From Eledone cirrhosa (taxonomy: Eukaryota): 64,000 bases of DNA. The stretch is from contig OZ024745.1 in the NCBI GenBank assembly GCA_964016885.1, positions 110,980,001 through 111,044,000 on the forward strand. Reading direction: 5' to 3'. How positions within the stretch are numbered: position 1 is the stretch's first letter; every line of letters begins with the position of its first letter. Made by a program: the position numbers and the translations under genes. Below are positions 1-11,185 of the stretch, piece by piece. The notes under the pieces were generated by a model. The model was not told where the DNA came from. It saw only the letters and a program-made list of their open reading frames with translations, and ran no database searches.

Positions 1-39
1 TCTTAATGTTTCAGACACTTGTCCTCCTTCATAAGAAGA
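1..39 (-). ncRNA. Degenerate minimal hammerhead ribozyme motif (Penelope-like element terminus)
   Basis: Minus strand TCTT-CTTATGA-aggaGGACaagtGTCT-GAAA-CATT-AAGA; same layout as 63594-63629 but with a core substitution (CUUAUGA). Confidence 0.4.
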
Positions 40-844
40 CAGAATGAGAGATAAAAGATGAAATAGAAAGATAAAGAATGAGAAGATGAAGTGAGAAGAG
101 AAGAAAACCTTTTCAGAAAAAACACGTGTATCCAGTCAGCCATTTGTGTGTGTTTGTGTATGCCTGTGTTTAGATTTGTGTCTCACTCTGTTTATGTCAT
201 GTAACTTTCAAGAAAACAGGGATTGCTGAAGTAAGTACCAGACTTGAAAAAGTAAGTTCTGGGGTTGATATGATCAACTAAATCAAGATAGTGTCTCAGT
301 ATGGACGGAGTCTATTGACCAAAACAAATAAAATAATAAAAGCATAGTAGATATAGTTCAGAACACTAAATACTTTGCGTTCTGTGTCAGCAATGTTGGT
401 ATGGAGAAGTGGAAGAACCAAGAAGAGTTGTGAATATTGAAATTATCTAGAATGATGATGCCAGAAAGAGGAGAGTTAAGATAGATGTATTCAAGGAAGA
501 GAAAGAATCAAAGATCTGCTTCAAGGAAAGCAGTGGATATAGCAGATGGACTTCAGAAAAGTGAAAGGAAAAAGACTTTACAATTAAGTAACTGAAAAGT
601 CTTTTTTGCTCACATCCATGTGAGAGAGGTGAGTGATGTTAGCTAAATGTAATTACCATAAAAAGAAAGAATTTAGATGATAGAAATTAATTTGGATAGA
701 AGAAATAGAGGATGAGAAATAAGCAGGAAGAGAGAGAGAAAGAGATAAAGAGAGAGACGGACGCAGCCGAGACTGAATAAAGAGGAAAAGATTTGAATTG
801 CTTCAAGTACATCACCCCTCTACCAGATCATGAGGTTAAATAAT

Positions 845-1011
845 TGTTTCTACTTTTGGCACAAGACCAGCAATTATCCCAGTGCATTACTGGTATATTA
901 TTTTATCAACCTCCGTAAGGATGAAAGGCAAAGTTAACCTCAGCGAGATTTGAACCCAGATCTATGTTTCAAAGCATGGCGTCCGACCCTCTACCAATAC
1001 TGCCAATCCAC
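845..1011 (-). mobile_element. tRNA-derived SINE (family S1) with 16-bp target-site duplication
   Basis: A-box-like TGGCAGTATTGG, B-box GGGTTCAAATC, central TTTGCCTTTCATCCTTACGG..GATAAAATAA..TACCAG; CATGAGGTTAAATAAT at 829-844 and 1012-1027. Confidence 0.9.
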
Positions 1012-1365
1012 CATGAGGTTAAATAATGGAGGTAGCATTGTGTACATAAACACACAAGCATATAACCACACATACACATACAGAAATATATATACACATC
1101 AAGCATCATCATTGATAGAAGATAGCAGGAGTTTTGTTTGAAGTGGGAGGCCTCCTCGAAGAAGAGTCCCTGTTCGGAGAGGAAAACCCTGTTGCCCTGT
1201 TTGATGAGGGAGAGACTGGTCTTTCTGCCATGCACTGTAGCAATCAGTTGTACCATAGTTTATTTGTATTTAGTGTTAAATTACTGAAGATATTTATGCT
1301 GCACTTTCGTTGCTTCAAATTTTCTTCCTTTCTGTTTATTTTCACACTTAAACATATTACCTTTA

Positions 1366-2910
1366 ATATGGCATTTGTCGACCTTGAGAAAGCCTTTGAC
1401 AGAGTTCCACGTGCAGTAATCTGGTGGGCTCTTAGAAAACTAGGAGTAGATGAATGGCTTGTGAAAGCGGTACAAGCCATGTATAGGGGAGCAGTCAGCA
1501 AAGTTAGGATTGGCAATGAGTATAGCGAGGAATTTAGCGTACAGGTTGGGGTCCACCAGGGCTCTGTTCTTAGCCCTCTCCTGTTCATCATAGTCCTGCA
1601 GGCAATAACGGAGGAGTTTAAGACCGGATGCCCATGGGAACTCCTGTATGCTGATGACCTCGCACTCATAGCTGAATCTATGGTAGAACTAGAGAATAAA
1701 TTCCAAACCTGGAAGCAGGGACTAGAGAGAAAGGGCCTCAAAGTCAACATGACAAAGACTAAGGTCCTTATAATTAGACGAGAAAACAGAACCCAGATCC
1801 CCTCAGGGAAATGGCCTTGCTCAGTATGTAGGAAAGGTGTAGGTAGGAACTCCATTCTCTGCCCCAAATGCAAACAATGGGTACACAAGAGATGTAGCGG
1901 GATCTCAGGAAGCTTAATTAAGAATGTAGGATTCACATGCAGCAGCTGTGCTGAAACAGCAAGCAAACAGCCACAGGAAACAAGTACCACCAATCTCTGG
2001 GAGGGCCCTGTAGAAACAGTAGACAGCTTCTGCTACCTAGGTGACCGAATTAGCAACGGAGGTGGGTGTTCAGAAAGTACAATAACTAGGGTAAGAACGG
2101 GATGGAAGAAGTTTAGGGAACTACTACCACTGCTAGCTGCAAAAGGCTTCTCCCTCAGAATGAAAGGCAGACTGTATGATGCGTGTATCCGAACAGCGAT
2201 GTTGCATGGTAGTGAGACCTGGGCGCTGAAGGTGGAAGACTTACGTAGATTAGAGAGAAACGAAGCCTGCATGCTCCGATGGATGTGTAACAGTAATATA
2301 CGTGAACGACAAAGCATAAAGGAATTGAGAGAGAGACTGAGCATAAGAGGAATCAAATGCTACGTGCAGGAGAGGCGGTTACGCTGGTATGGACATGTGA
2401 TGCGTATGAAGGATGACAGCTGCATAAAAAGGTGCAGAGCACTAGAAGTTGATGGAAACCGCGGAGTGGGGAGACCCAAGATGACTTGGGATGAGGTGAT
2501 AAAAGCCGACCTTACCCAACTACACCTCTCAAAGTCAATGACACACGACCGTGACTTCTGGCGTCACGCAGTAATACAGGGTACCCGACCTCCCATGGGT
2601 ACGTGCTGAAGCATATAAACAATATGCCCCCCCCCCCACCGCAAGGTGGTCGTGGAGGTGCCACGGCAAAAAAGCACCCAGCCCACACTGTAAAGTGGAC
2701 GTGTAGGCGCCACGAAAAAGCACCCAGCACTCACTGTAAATGAGGTTGGTGTTAGGAAGGGCATCCAGCTGTAGAAATCAAGCCAGATCAGTTCCTGTAT
2801 GAGCAAGGCATGATCAGCCGACCAGACACTGCCCACAACAGGACAACCCGTCTAACCCATGCTAGCGTGGAAGAACGGACGTAAAACGGTGATGATGATG
2901 ATGATGATGA
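1366..2910 (+). mobile_element. 5'-truncated RTE-clade (BovB-like) LINE, family A, with 3' UTR and (GAT)n tail
   Basis: RT motifs AFVDLEKAFDRV, GVHQGSVLSPLLF, LLYADDL, FCYLG, LHGSETW, RLRWYGHVMR, GRPKMTW; stop at 2609; (GAT)n at 2890-2910. Confidence 0.95.
1368..2609 (+). CDS. Uninterrupted C-terminal part of RTE ORF (reverse transcriptase with inserted PHD finger at 1818-1949)
   Basis: Part of ORF 1134..2609; LINE homology starts at MAFVDLEK (1368); endonuclease and RT N-terminus missing. Confidence 0.85.
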   Translation: MAFVDLEKAFDRVPRAVIWWALRKLGVDEWLVKAVQAMYRGAVSKVRIGNEYSEEFSVQVGVHQGSVLSPLLFIIVLQAITEEFKTGCPWELLYADDLALIAESMVELENKFQTWKQGLERKGLKVNMTKTKVLIIRRENRTQIPSGKWPCSVCRKGVGRNSILCPKCKQWVHKRCSGISGSLIKNVGFTCSSCAETASKQPQETSTTNLWEGPVETVDSFCYLGDRISNGGGCSESTITRVRTGWKKFRELLPLLAAKGFSLRMKGRLYDACIRTAMLHGSETWALKVEDLRRLERNEACMLRWMCNSNIRERQSIKELRERLSIRGIKCYVQERRLRWYGHVMRMKDDSCIKRCRALEVDGNRGVGRPKMTWDEVIKADLTQLHLSKSMTHDRDFWRHAVIQGTRPPMGTC

Positions 2911-2989
2911 ACAGCTATGATATAAAGTCAATGGAATCCCCATGATTCTGAAGCAAACTTAACCCCATAATTATGTCTGCATAAATATC

Positions 2990-3243
2990 CAGGGCTAGAT
3001 TAAGCAAAATAAGCATTTCTTTAGGACTTCATGGAAGAGGGGCACCATACATGCACCATATAAGCACAAATAAGTACATTCTTAGGGCATCAATTAAACA
3101 AAGGCATCATTTTATTCAAATTATATTTATTTGTCATTCCACCCCGACTCACTCCCAATTATTTTTGCAGACTTTATGTATTGGAGGTGGGCACCATAAT
3201 CCTTTAAGTGGTTAGGGCCTGAAAAGGACTTAATCCATCCCTA
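2990..3243. mobile_element. Degenerate hAT-like MITE
   Basis: Imperfect TIRs CAGGGCTAGATTAAG (2990-3004) and CTTAATCCATCCCTA (3229-3243); subterminal GGGCACCA motifs; no clean TSD. Confidence 0.5.
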
Positions 3244-5024
3244 CACTTATCATTAAAACTATATCAATAGCTGCATTAATAATAATAGTTTACCTATCAG
3301 TCTAACACTTTAATTAATAAGATTACTGTAGTTAATATTTTAATTATTGATTATTGATTTTAGTCACTCATTTATATTTATTATTACTTTCTACACTAAC
3401 AATATCCCTTAATAGTTTTTTTTTCTTAAATTGAAATCTAAAATTGAATCAAGTGGAGCAACATTTAAAGAATGGCAGACACTAAAACTTTTTTTTTCTG
3501 TTCTTTTTGGTAAAACTCAATATTTTTGCTGTGCTCCAACTGGCAGTTTGCCTTTTCTTAAAAATCCCTCTTCAAACTTTTACTTCTTTACATTTTGATA
3601 ACTTGCCAGTCAAAGAACAACATGTCAGGGGAGTATTCTTACAGTTTGGCATATAACCAATATATTAGTTGCTGTACATACACCTGGGACAGGTGACTAA
3701 CTATGTGTCTTTACCTTAGTTAAATTATAATGCCAAAGGAAACAAATACATAAAAATAAAAGAAGTGATATGAAATTCCTCAGCATAGTAAAATTATTTT
3801 ATATATATATGGACATAATTCTGTTTTGCTTTTTTAAAAATAAATATACATCACTAATTATTCAAATTTAATTTATTTCATACGATATTTATAAAACATT
3901 ATATGTAATAATGAGTAGACGAATGTGTATGTATGAATGAATATTTATGTGTGTGTATATATATACACATATTTGTGGATTCTGCTTCATCAGATTGAAC
4001 AATGCCAAACACTGTTGCTTTTACTTCACTTTTCTCTCTCATGGTATTGATTCAATACCCATCAGACGTTTGAGGTATAAAAACATAAAACCAGCAGGTT
4101 TTTATGGAAGCATCTAAAAGCAAAATATTAATAAGCTGTGACCTGTTACCAAACTCTGGTGAAAAAATATCATTGATCAAAACTATTTTACAGTAAACAG
4201 AATAGCTGAATCATATTTTTGATTTAGATTTTAAAAAATAGGAATGCAACCGACTAAAAATACAAGCAGCCTGCCTAGGAGAAACCTAAACTTGAAAAGC
4301 GGATGTATTTTTGTTTCATAGCATCAGCCAGCTTTGGAGACAACACAAAGATTATTGAGCCAATGAGAAAGTCTTTACATGTCATTCACCCAGCTAGAAG
4401 CTAGAAATAGCAGTCACATTACCCTTAAATCACACTCCACTGTCTTAAAAAGAATGACATTTTGGATAATGTGATGCAAGGTATACTAGACCTGAAAAGA
4501 AAAATAAAGACAGGATAATTATGGCTGGAATGCCTGTGATAATAGCTTTGCTTAATCAGACCTGAAGTGAGACTAGGTGGTACAACAATAGCAACATAAT
4601 GATTGTAGCCAATGAAGGGAGCCTCTATGTGGTTACTTGATTTGGTAGAAATAACAACCAAAGGTCCACAAGATAACACTATCATTTTGAAAGAGGAGAA
4701 ACACATTAGATTTTTTTAGATATATTATGTCTGTAAACTTGGTGTCTTTGATCATAGCTCTGCCCCATCACAACTGAACTGAGGCTAATTAGCAGTAACA
4801 ACATGATAACAAAAGAATCTTTCAGCACTAGCGAATAAGGAAGCCTCTATATAGTTACTCAGCTTACTAGAAAAGGAAACGAAATGCCCCTCAGATCATG
4901 TAGCTGAGAAATTTTAAACTTTTTAATACGAATTCTCCTAAAACCACTTCTAGTTCTCTGATACTAAGCTGTTTATATCTATTTAAAATCTGATTTTATG
5001 AAAGATGTATATATGTATATATGT

Positions 5025-5360
5025 ATGGACCCATAACACTTGGTGGAATTGTAGGGTGGCTGTAGTGACACATAGCATTTCTTGACCATTTTAAACCTGA
5101 CAGATCCCATCCCTATCCAGGTCTGATCACAGCAGATTTCTTCCAAATAAGAGGAGAGAAAAAAGATAGAGAGAAAGCACGAAAGCGATAGAGAATAAGT
5201 GAGAAAGAGATATAAAGGAAGAATTAAACTGGTACTTTTTTTAATCAACCTTTAAGGGATGAAACATGAAATTGACATCAGCAGGATTTGAACTCAAATT
5301 GAAGAGAACCAGAACAAAGCATTTTTTATGGTATTCTAACAACTCTGCCAATTTGCAGCC
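5025..5360 (-). mobile_element. Degenerate S1-related SINE with an alternative long tail
   Basis: Shares CCAGGTCTGA..ACAGCAGATTTCTTCCA and SINE central/head blocks with 12540-12840, 13010-13335 and 55828-56030. Confidence 0.6.
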
Positions 5361-5680
5361 TAATTTGATGAAAGAACATTTTTGTTAAGTTATGTTTCAA
5401 ACACAAAATAAATAATGAGAAAGTTTGTTAAATTATTGAATCCCTCCAAAATCCTTGATTATTTTCAAAATTATTAGTAAACCATAAGACTAAACATGAT
5501 TATTGACAGCACAATGATTAGTAAAAGTTGGACTGAAATCTATGTAAAGAATAATATTCCAGCACATTGTTTAAACAGTCATTAACATTCAGTATTGATT
5601 GCTACTAATATGTTCATTTAACTATATAATAAAGGTGATAATGAAATAAGAAACTATTCAATATAGTATAGAATAAATAT

Positions 5681-5755
5681 TGTTATATTTGGGGAGGGTC
5701 ATGTTGTTAAAATATTGCCAGAAATATATAATAAAACACACTCACTGTTTGGTTT
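5681..5755 (+). mobile_element. Solo end of the TGTTA..TAACA TIR element seen at 24908-25629
   Basis: TGTTATATTTGGGGAGGGTCATGTTGTTAAAATATTGCCAGAAATA...CTCACTGTTTGGTT matches 24908-24985. Confidence 0.7.
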
Positions 5756-6320
5756 CAGTTAGTGACTAAACTGGCAACCCCACCAAGTTTACTTGGTGAG
5801 GAGGGTGATTTTGGACACCCTGTAGGGCAAAAAACAAAATCTGACAAAGGGCGGAAGAACTCATAAGTGTCAACAGCCATCCAAAAATGTGTACATATGT
5901 ATATACCTATATGCATGTGTATATATGTATATATGTGTATGTATATGCAAGTATACATATGTATATATATGCACGGGGACATAGAAATAATCGGGCTGGA
6001 CACCTAATCGTGTGGTTAAACCACTGGGAGTGAAGGACCCCTAGCCTTTGTCAGAGCATACTTCTAGGAGAAGGCAACTTAGGAAACTGTGATAACTCAG
6101 ACATAAAACCTGCGGCTCAGTAGTTACCAATGATGTTGATCTTTTCTTCTTTTCGGATTATAGCTAGTGTCGCTCAGAGAGTGGGATTGGCTCAGTGCAC
6201 AGTCTTTCCTCACTTTAAAAAAAACTTCATGCTCAGGCATTACATGACAGCATTAATTAATAATAATTAATAATGTTATATCGTGCAATGGCCATACTCG
6301 ATAACGAGGGGCAGCCATTA
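5756..6320 (+). mobile_element. Interspersed repeat, probable RTE-type LINE 5' UTR relic
   Basis: Colinear with 44695-45290 (GACTAAACTGGCAACCCCACCAAG, TAGCCTTTGTCA, CTAGGAGAAGG, TGGCCATACTCGA); the 5' UTR assignment rests on recalled RTE motifs. Confidence 0.5.
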
Positions 6321-6975
6321 TGTATGTATGCATGTAGGTAGGTACGTATGTATGGATGTAGGTAGGTAGGTAGGTAAGTAGGAAGGTAGATAGGTAGGTA
6401 GGTAGGTAGGTAGGTAGGTAGGTAGGTAGATAGGTAGGTAGGTAGGTAGGTAGGTAGGTAGGTAGGTAGGTAGATAGGTAGGTAGGTAGGTAGGTAGGTA
6501 GGTTGGTAGGTTGGTGGGCTGGTTGGTAGGTATATATGTATGTATGTATGTAGGTAGGTAGGTAGGTAGGTAGCTAGGTAGGTAGGTAGATAGGTAGGTA
6601 GGTAGGTAGGTAGGTAGGTAGGCAGGTAGGTAGGTAGATAGGTAGGTAGGTAGGTAGGTAGGTAGGTAGCTAGGTAGGTAGGGAGGTAGGTAGGTAGGTA
6701 AGTAGGTAGCTAGGTAGGTAGGTAGGTAGATAGGTAGGTAGGTAGGTAGGTAGGTAGGCAGGTAGGTAGGTAGGTAGGTAGGTAGGTAGGTAGGTAGGTA
6801 GATAGGCAGGCAGGTAGGCAGGCAGGTAGGTAGGTAGGTAGGTAGGTAGGTAGGTAGGTAGGTAGGTAGGTAGGTAGGTAGGTAGGTAGGTAGGTAGGTA
6901 GATAGGCAGGCAGGTAGGTAGGTAGGTAGGTAGGTAGGTAGGTAGGTAGGTAGGTAGGTAGGTAGGTAGGTAGAT
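6320..6975. repeat. Long (GTAG)n microsatellite
   Basis: About 650 bp of GTAG with GCAG, ATAG and CTAG variants. Confidence 0.98.
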
Positions 6976-7039
6976 ATATAGCATAGAATGAAATAACAGT
7001 AATTTCATAAAAGAAAGGATAAGTATGTTAATTAGTTAA

Positions 7040-7490
7040 TAATAATTATTTCTAATATAAGCACAATGCTAGTAATTTTGTGGAAGGGGAAACTTTATTT
7101 TATTAACCCCAGAAGGATGACAGACAAAGTTGACCTCAGTAGGATTTGAGTGCAAAGGGCCATAACTATATGCTGCAAAGGAGTTTTACTCATGCTTTAA
7201 CAATAATGGTTTCTGATTTAGGCACAAGGCCAACAATTTTGGGGAAGGGAAAGTCGATTAAATTGACCCTAGAGAATTACTGGTACTTTATGATATTGGA
7301 CAACATGCTATGTGGCATAGAGTTACGGCCCTTTACGTTCTGAGTTCAAATCCCATCGAGGTTAGCTCTGCCTTTCATTCTTACAGGTTCAATAAAATAA
7401 AGTACCAGTAATGCACTGGGGTCAATTTAATTGACTTTCCCTTTCTCAAAAAATTGTTAGCCTTGTGCCTAAACCAGAAACTATTATATA
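7040..7490. mobile_element. Cluster of S1 SINE fragments including an inverted pair
   Basis: Minus-strand fragments at about 7040-7190 and 7203-7290; plus-strand copy at about 7300-7485 with GAGTTCAAATCC. Confidence 0.75.
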
Positions 7491-8367
7491 TTTTTACTGG
7501 TTCTTATTTTATCAACATCAAAGAAATGAAAGAGAAAGTTTGCTGCGATATGATTCAAATGCAACTTACAAAGTAATAACTAAAATATTTCAATTAGCAG
7601 TATGTTTGTGCTACTGCTAATTAATCCTAGCCAGTCAAGCACATCCTGTGTGCAAAAAGGCATCTCTAACAGATGTTTTATATGCAAATTGTATATAAGC
7701 TATAGCTTATCTTTGTCTCAGTACAAAGTGAATAAATATCACTGATGATGGATAAAAAATCCTGAAACACTAATGCCTGGCTTTCTCACATGATTACTGA
7801 GATAGTTGTGACATGTTAAAAGCTTAAAACTCATATAGCAAGACTTATATATGTTTATTACACATAAACATATTGTATATGCCTCTAAATACACCTCTAT
7901 TAAAAGGGCAGATAAACTCCTCAGAGTAAACGGCCATCCACCCCAACTATAGGTTAAATGGTTTCACCAGCCTGCAATTGGTTAATCATGGTGAGTATGG
8001 CTACATCCCTGACATGACCAAAATCAAAGAGAAAGAGGTGGAAGTCAACATGAGTGAGAAGGCCCTGGATTGAATATTCCATGCTAGCGTGGAAAAATGG
8101 ACAATAAATGATGATGATGATGATACCTCTAGTATAAAATATTTAAAGTATTTTTGTTTTGTGTCAGTTGTTTTTGACAACTATATTGCTCAGTAGTATG
8201 CTTAAGTTCTTGGTGAGTAAGTTTTTTAAACTGATACTATTTTACTCCAGTGATGGAGCTTCTCTATTGTAGAATTAATCTAGCATCTTAATAAATTCTA
8301 CCATTTAAAAAAAAAAAGCCACCGCCATCATTACCATCGCCATCATCCTCATTATTATTTAACGTCT

Positions 8368-8555
8368 GTGGATTGACAGTATCGGTAGAGGGTCAGATGC
8401 CATGCTTCGCAGCATAGAGTTATGTCCCTTTACGGTTTGAGTTCAAATCCCACTGAGGTAAACTTTGCCTTTCATCCTTACCGGGTTTATAAAATAAAGT
8501 ACCAGTAATGCACAGGGATAATTGTTAGCCTTGTGCCAAAAGTAGAAACAATTAT
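8368..8555 (+). mobile_element. S1 SINE
   Basis: GTGGATTGACAGTATCGGTAGAGGGTC...GAGTTCAAATCC...GTAGAAACAATTA. Confidence 0.9.
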
Positions 8556-8919
8556 TTAACGTCCATTCTCCCTTTATTCTGGGATACACAATATGTGAAA
8601 ATAAGGTGGGATGGTCACAGATGGAATGCCTTTTTGCATGGGTTTGCTTTGGCAGAGCTCACCTTATGCAGGCTTGGCTGTGTGATTAAAAAACTTGTTT
8701 CACAACTGCATAGTTCCAGCATCATTTCCACTTCATCTTATCTTGGACAAGTATCTCCTATTAAAGTTTTCAGTTGATCAATACTTTGTAATGGAATTTA
8801 CTAGAATCAATCTGTGCAAGGGAATATGAAAGAAACCTTTTTTAAAATAACCTTTAAATTCAAAGAAGTAAACGAGTTTAAGTCTCTCTTACATAAACTC
8901 ATTTATTTTTTTAATTTAA

Positions 8920-9520
8920 ATCAGTGCTGAGAAGACTGAGACACTTATCCTCTCAAATAAGTCTGTGCAATACACTCTTCATATGAATAGAGATCACTGA
9001 AGCAGGTGGAGAAATTCCAGTATCTCATGGCTGTGTTCATAAGTGATGGAAGGCAGGAGGCTGAATTAAGTGCAAGAATTGCAGGAACTGGTGCAGTATT
9101 GCACCAGCTTCAGCATCCAGTAATTAGAAGAAGAGAGGTAGGCATAAGAGCCAAACTTGCTATCTTCAATTCAGTATTCATGCCAACCTTTACCTATGGA
9201 CATGAACCTTGAGTAATGACTAAAAGAATATGATCGTGAATACAAGTAACCCAAATGGGGTTCTGCTCAAAAGTCTTTGGAGTATTGCTACTCAATAGAG
9301 CCTGAAGCCCAGAGATCAGAGAGCCACTCCAGGTAGCGCCACTGCTTCTTTGAATTGAAAGATCACAGCTCCAATATTATGGCCATGTGGTTAGAATGTC
9401 TCAGGAAAGAATTCACCGGCAGGGGACCCAGGGGTAGACTCCAAGTAAGATTGTTGGATAACATCCATGGTCTCAGTTGGTCATGCTTGGAGATCCAGCT
9501 GGATCAATTGGAGTCAGTTT
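8920..9520 (+). pseudogene. Degenerate RTE LINE family C, RT C-terminal part
   Basis: KTETL..QVEKFQYL..ARIAG..AKLAIFNSVFMPTFTYGHEP and later YYGHVVRM..GRGPRGR with stops; related to 57699-57900 and 60638-61130. Confidence 0.8.
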
Positions 9521-10589
9521 TATTAGAAAATATTAATCTTTTAAATACCTGAATGCTGTGTATTCAATGACGTTTGTTACGTTTTTACCTTAGATTAAAA
9601 AATATATGTTGCTGTTGACAAGGTGTCTAGTTTAATCTAAATATTCAGTTTTTTTAGGATGAATTTTAACCGTTTGACATTTATACTTTATAATCATAAT
9701 ATGGCAGTTTGTTGATCATAGAAGCAATATAGCAAGGTTTGTAGTGTTGTGTCACAGTAATTACACTCATAAATTCTTGCAATTAATTGGTGGAATATCA
9801 AATATAGGTTGGTAATACATTTGAATCTTATTGTTCATCCACTCCCAAAATATATTGGAACTGAACCAATCAATTCAGCATTAAAACCTAGTTAATAACA
9901 TGTTCAGTCTATCATTCTACCAATTAACTATTTAGCTTTTTGTATTAATGCCAACTGTTTTATGCTCAAAGTGCATCAAACAAGAGTAATTGGATTGAAG
10001 ATAAGTGCCAGGTAATTTTAGTTTTGGATAATGAGTGTAACAGTCCCAAGAGATCATTTTAAAAATTCAGTTTAAGAGAATTTAAACTAAAAAAATAAGT
10101 TAATGGAAATAGTTTCCTCAGAGGATTTTCATTTCCTGCATAAATGACATTTTTATTAGGCAAAATATAGTATATATAAAAGCAGGAATTCCATAAAACA
10201 GAAGCATTTTAGTAAAGTATTAGCCATATGCTCAACCAAGTGAACCTAGCTTTTGCCAGGCAATAAATGTTTCATAGAGTTCATCTAATTTCTCTAGAAA
10301 TAAGCTGAAAGGTCATTAGAGCATTTAATCAAATAAATTGATTTAGATTTTAAATTCCTTATTTGATGATAGTAAAATCTATTGGCCATCATAGGCTCTA
10401 TATCTATGTTTTCTCAATAGAGATATTAATTAAAAATGGAAAATAAGTTATCTTTATAAAGAATATAGAAAAAGGAAAAAGATTTTCACATGTTTTATAA
10501 TAAGAGAATGAGAATAACTTTGTGTTTTTTATACCCAATATCTATGTAATACACACTCAAACATATATATATATATATATATATATATA

Positions 10590-10801
10590 CAGGGTGAGGC
10601 AAAAGTCATGCACCATAGTGATAATTTATTAAAAGTATCACACACACACACTTGATAAGACAATGATAGATGTTATATTGACCAATTACATAGAGTGAAC
10701 AATATATAGTAAAATATCCCCCCACCCCCTATGATAATTACACATAAACATTTAAAGCATGATTGATTAATTAACCTCTACGGTGTACAACTTTTGCCTC
10801 A

Positions 10802-10806
<5 letters not shown>
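10590..10806. mobile_element. Tc1/mariner-type MITE in a (TA)n tract
   Basis: TIRs CAGGGTGAGGCAAAAGTCATGCACCATAG and CTACGGTGTACAACTTTTGCCTCACTCTA; TA on both sides. Confidence 0.8.
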
Positions 10807-10831
<25 letters not shown>

Positions 10832-10835
<4 letters not shown>

Positions 10836-11173
10836 TCATCATTTTTTTTTTTTTACGTCTGCTTTTCCCTGCTTGCAAGGGTGGGACGGGAACTGATTCT
10901 GGCTTGATTTCTACAGCTGGATGCCCTTCCTAACACCAACCTCATTTACGGTGAGTGCTGGGTGCTTTTTTGCCGTGGCACCTCCACGACCACTTTGCAG
11001 TGGAATGATGGGGACCCCAGTCCCTATCATCTCATTTCTACAGCTGAGTAAACTGGAGCAATGTGAAATAAAGTGTCTTGCTCAAGGAAACAACACATCA
11101 CCCGGTCTGAGAATTGAACTCACAACCTTTCGATTGCAAAGCCAATGCTCTAACCACTAAGCCATGTGCCTCC
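10832..11173 (-). mobile_element. Chimeric SINE S2 (tRNA head, CORE-like domain, RTE family A 3' tail)
   Basis: Reverse complement of 44205-44544 over the whole length. Confidence 0.9.
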
Positions 11174-11185
11174 TATATATATATA

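Noticed and set aside
361-690. Possible ancient CR1/L2 relic
   Set aside because: Only faint motif echoes; not supportable by eye.
1134-1367. N-terminal extension of the 491-aa ORF as a host-RT fusion
   Set aside because: TTG start and a T-rich, intron-like stretch; most simply chance read-through into a truncated LINE.
1244-2356. Antisense ORFs over the RT (also at 15665-16797, 20689-22149, 24179-24616)
   Set aside because: Shadow frames of LINE coding sequence.
4040-4066. GGTATTGATTCAATACC hairpin next to CTGATG on minus
   Set aside because: Core incomplete and no GAAA.
6670-7008. PTYL, YI, SL, poly-L/E/K/S ORFs here and elsewhere
   Set aside because: Translations of microsatellites.
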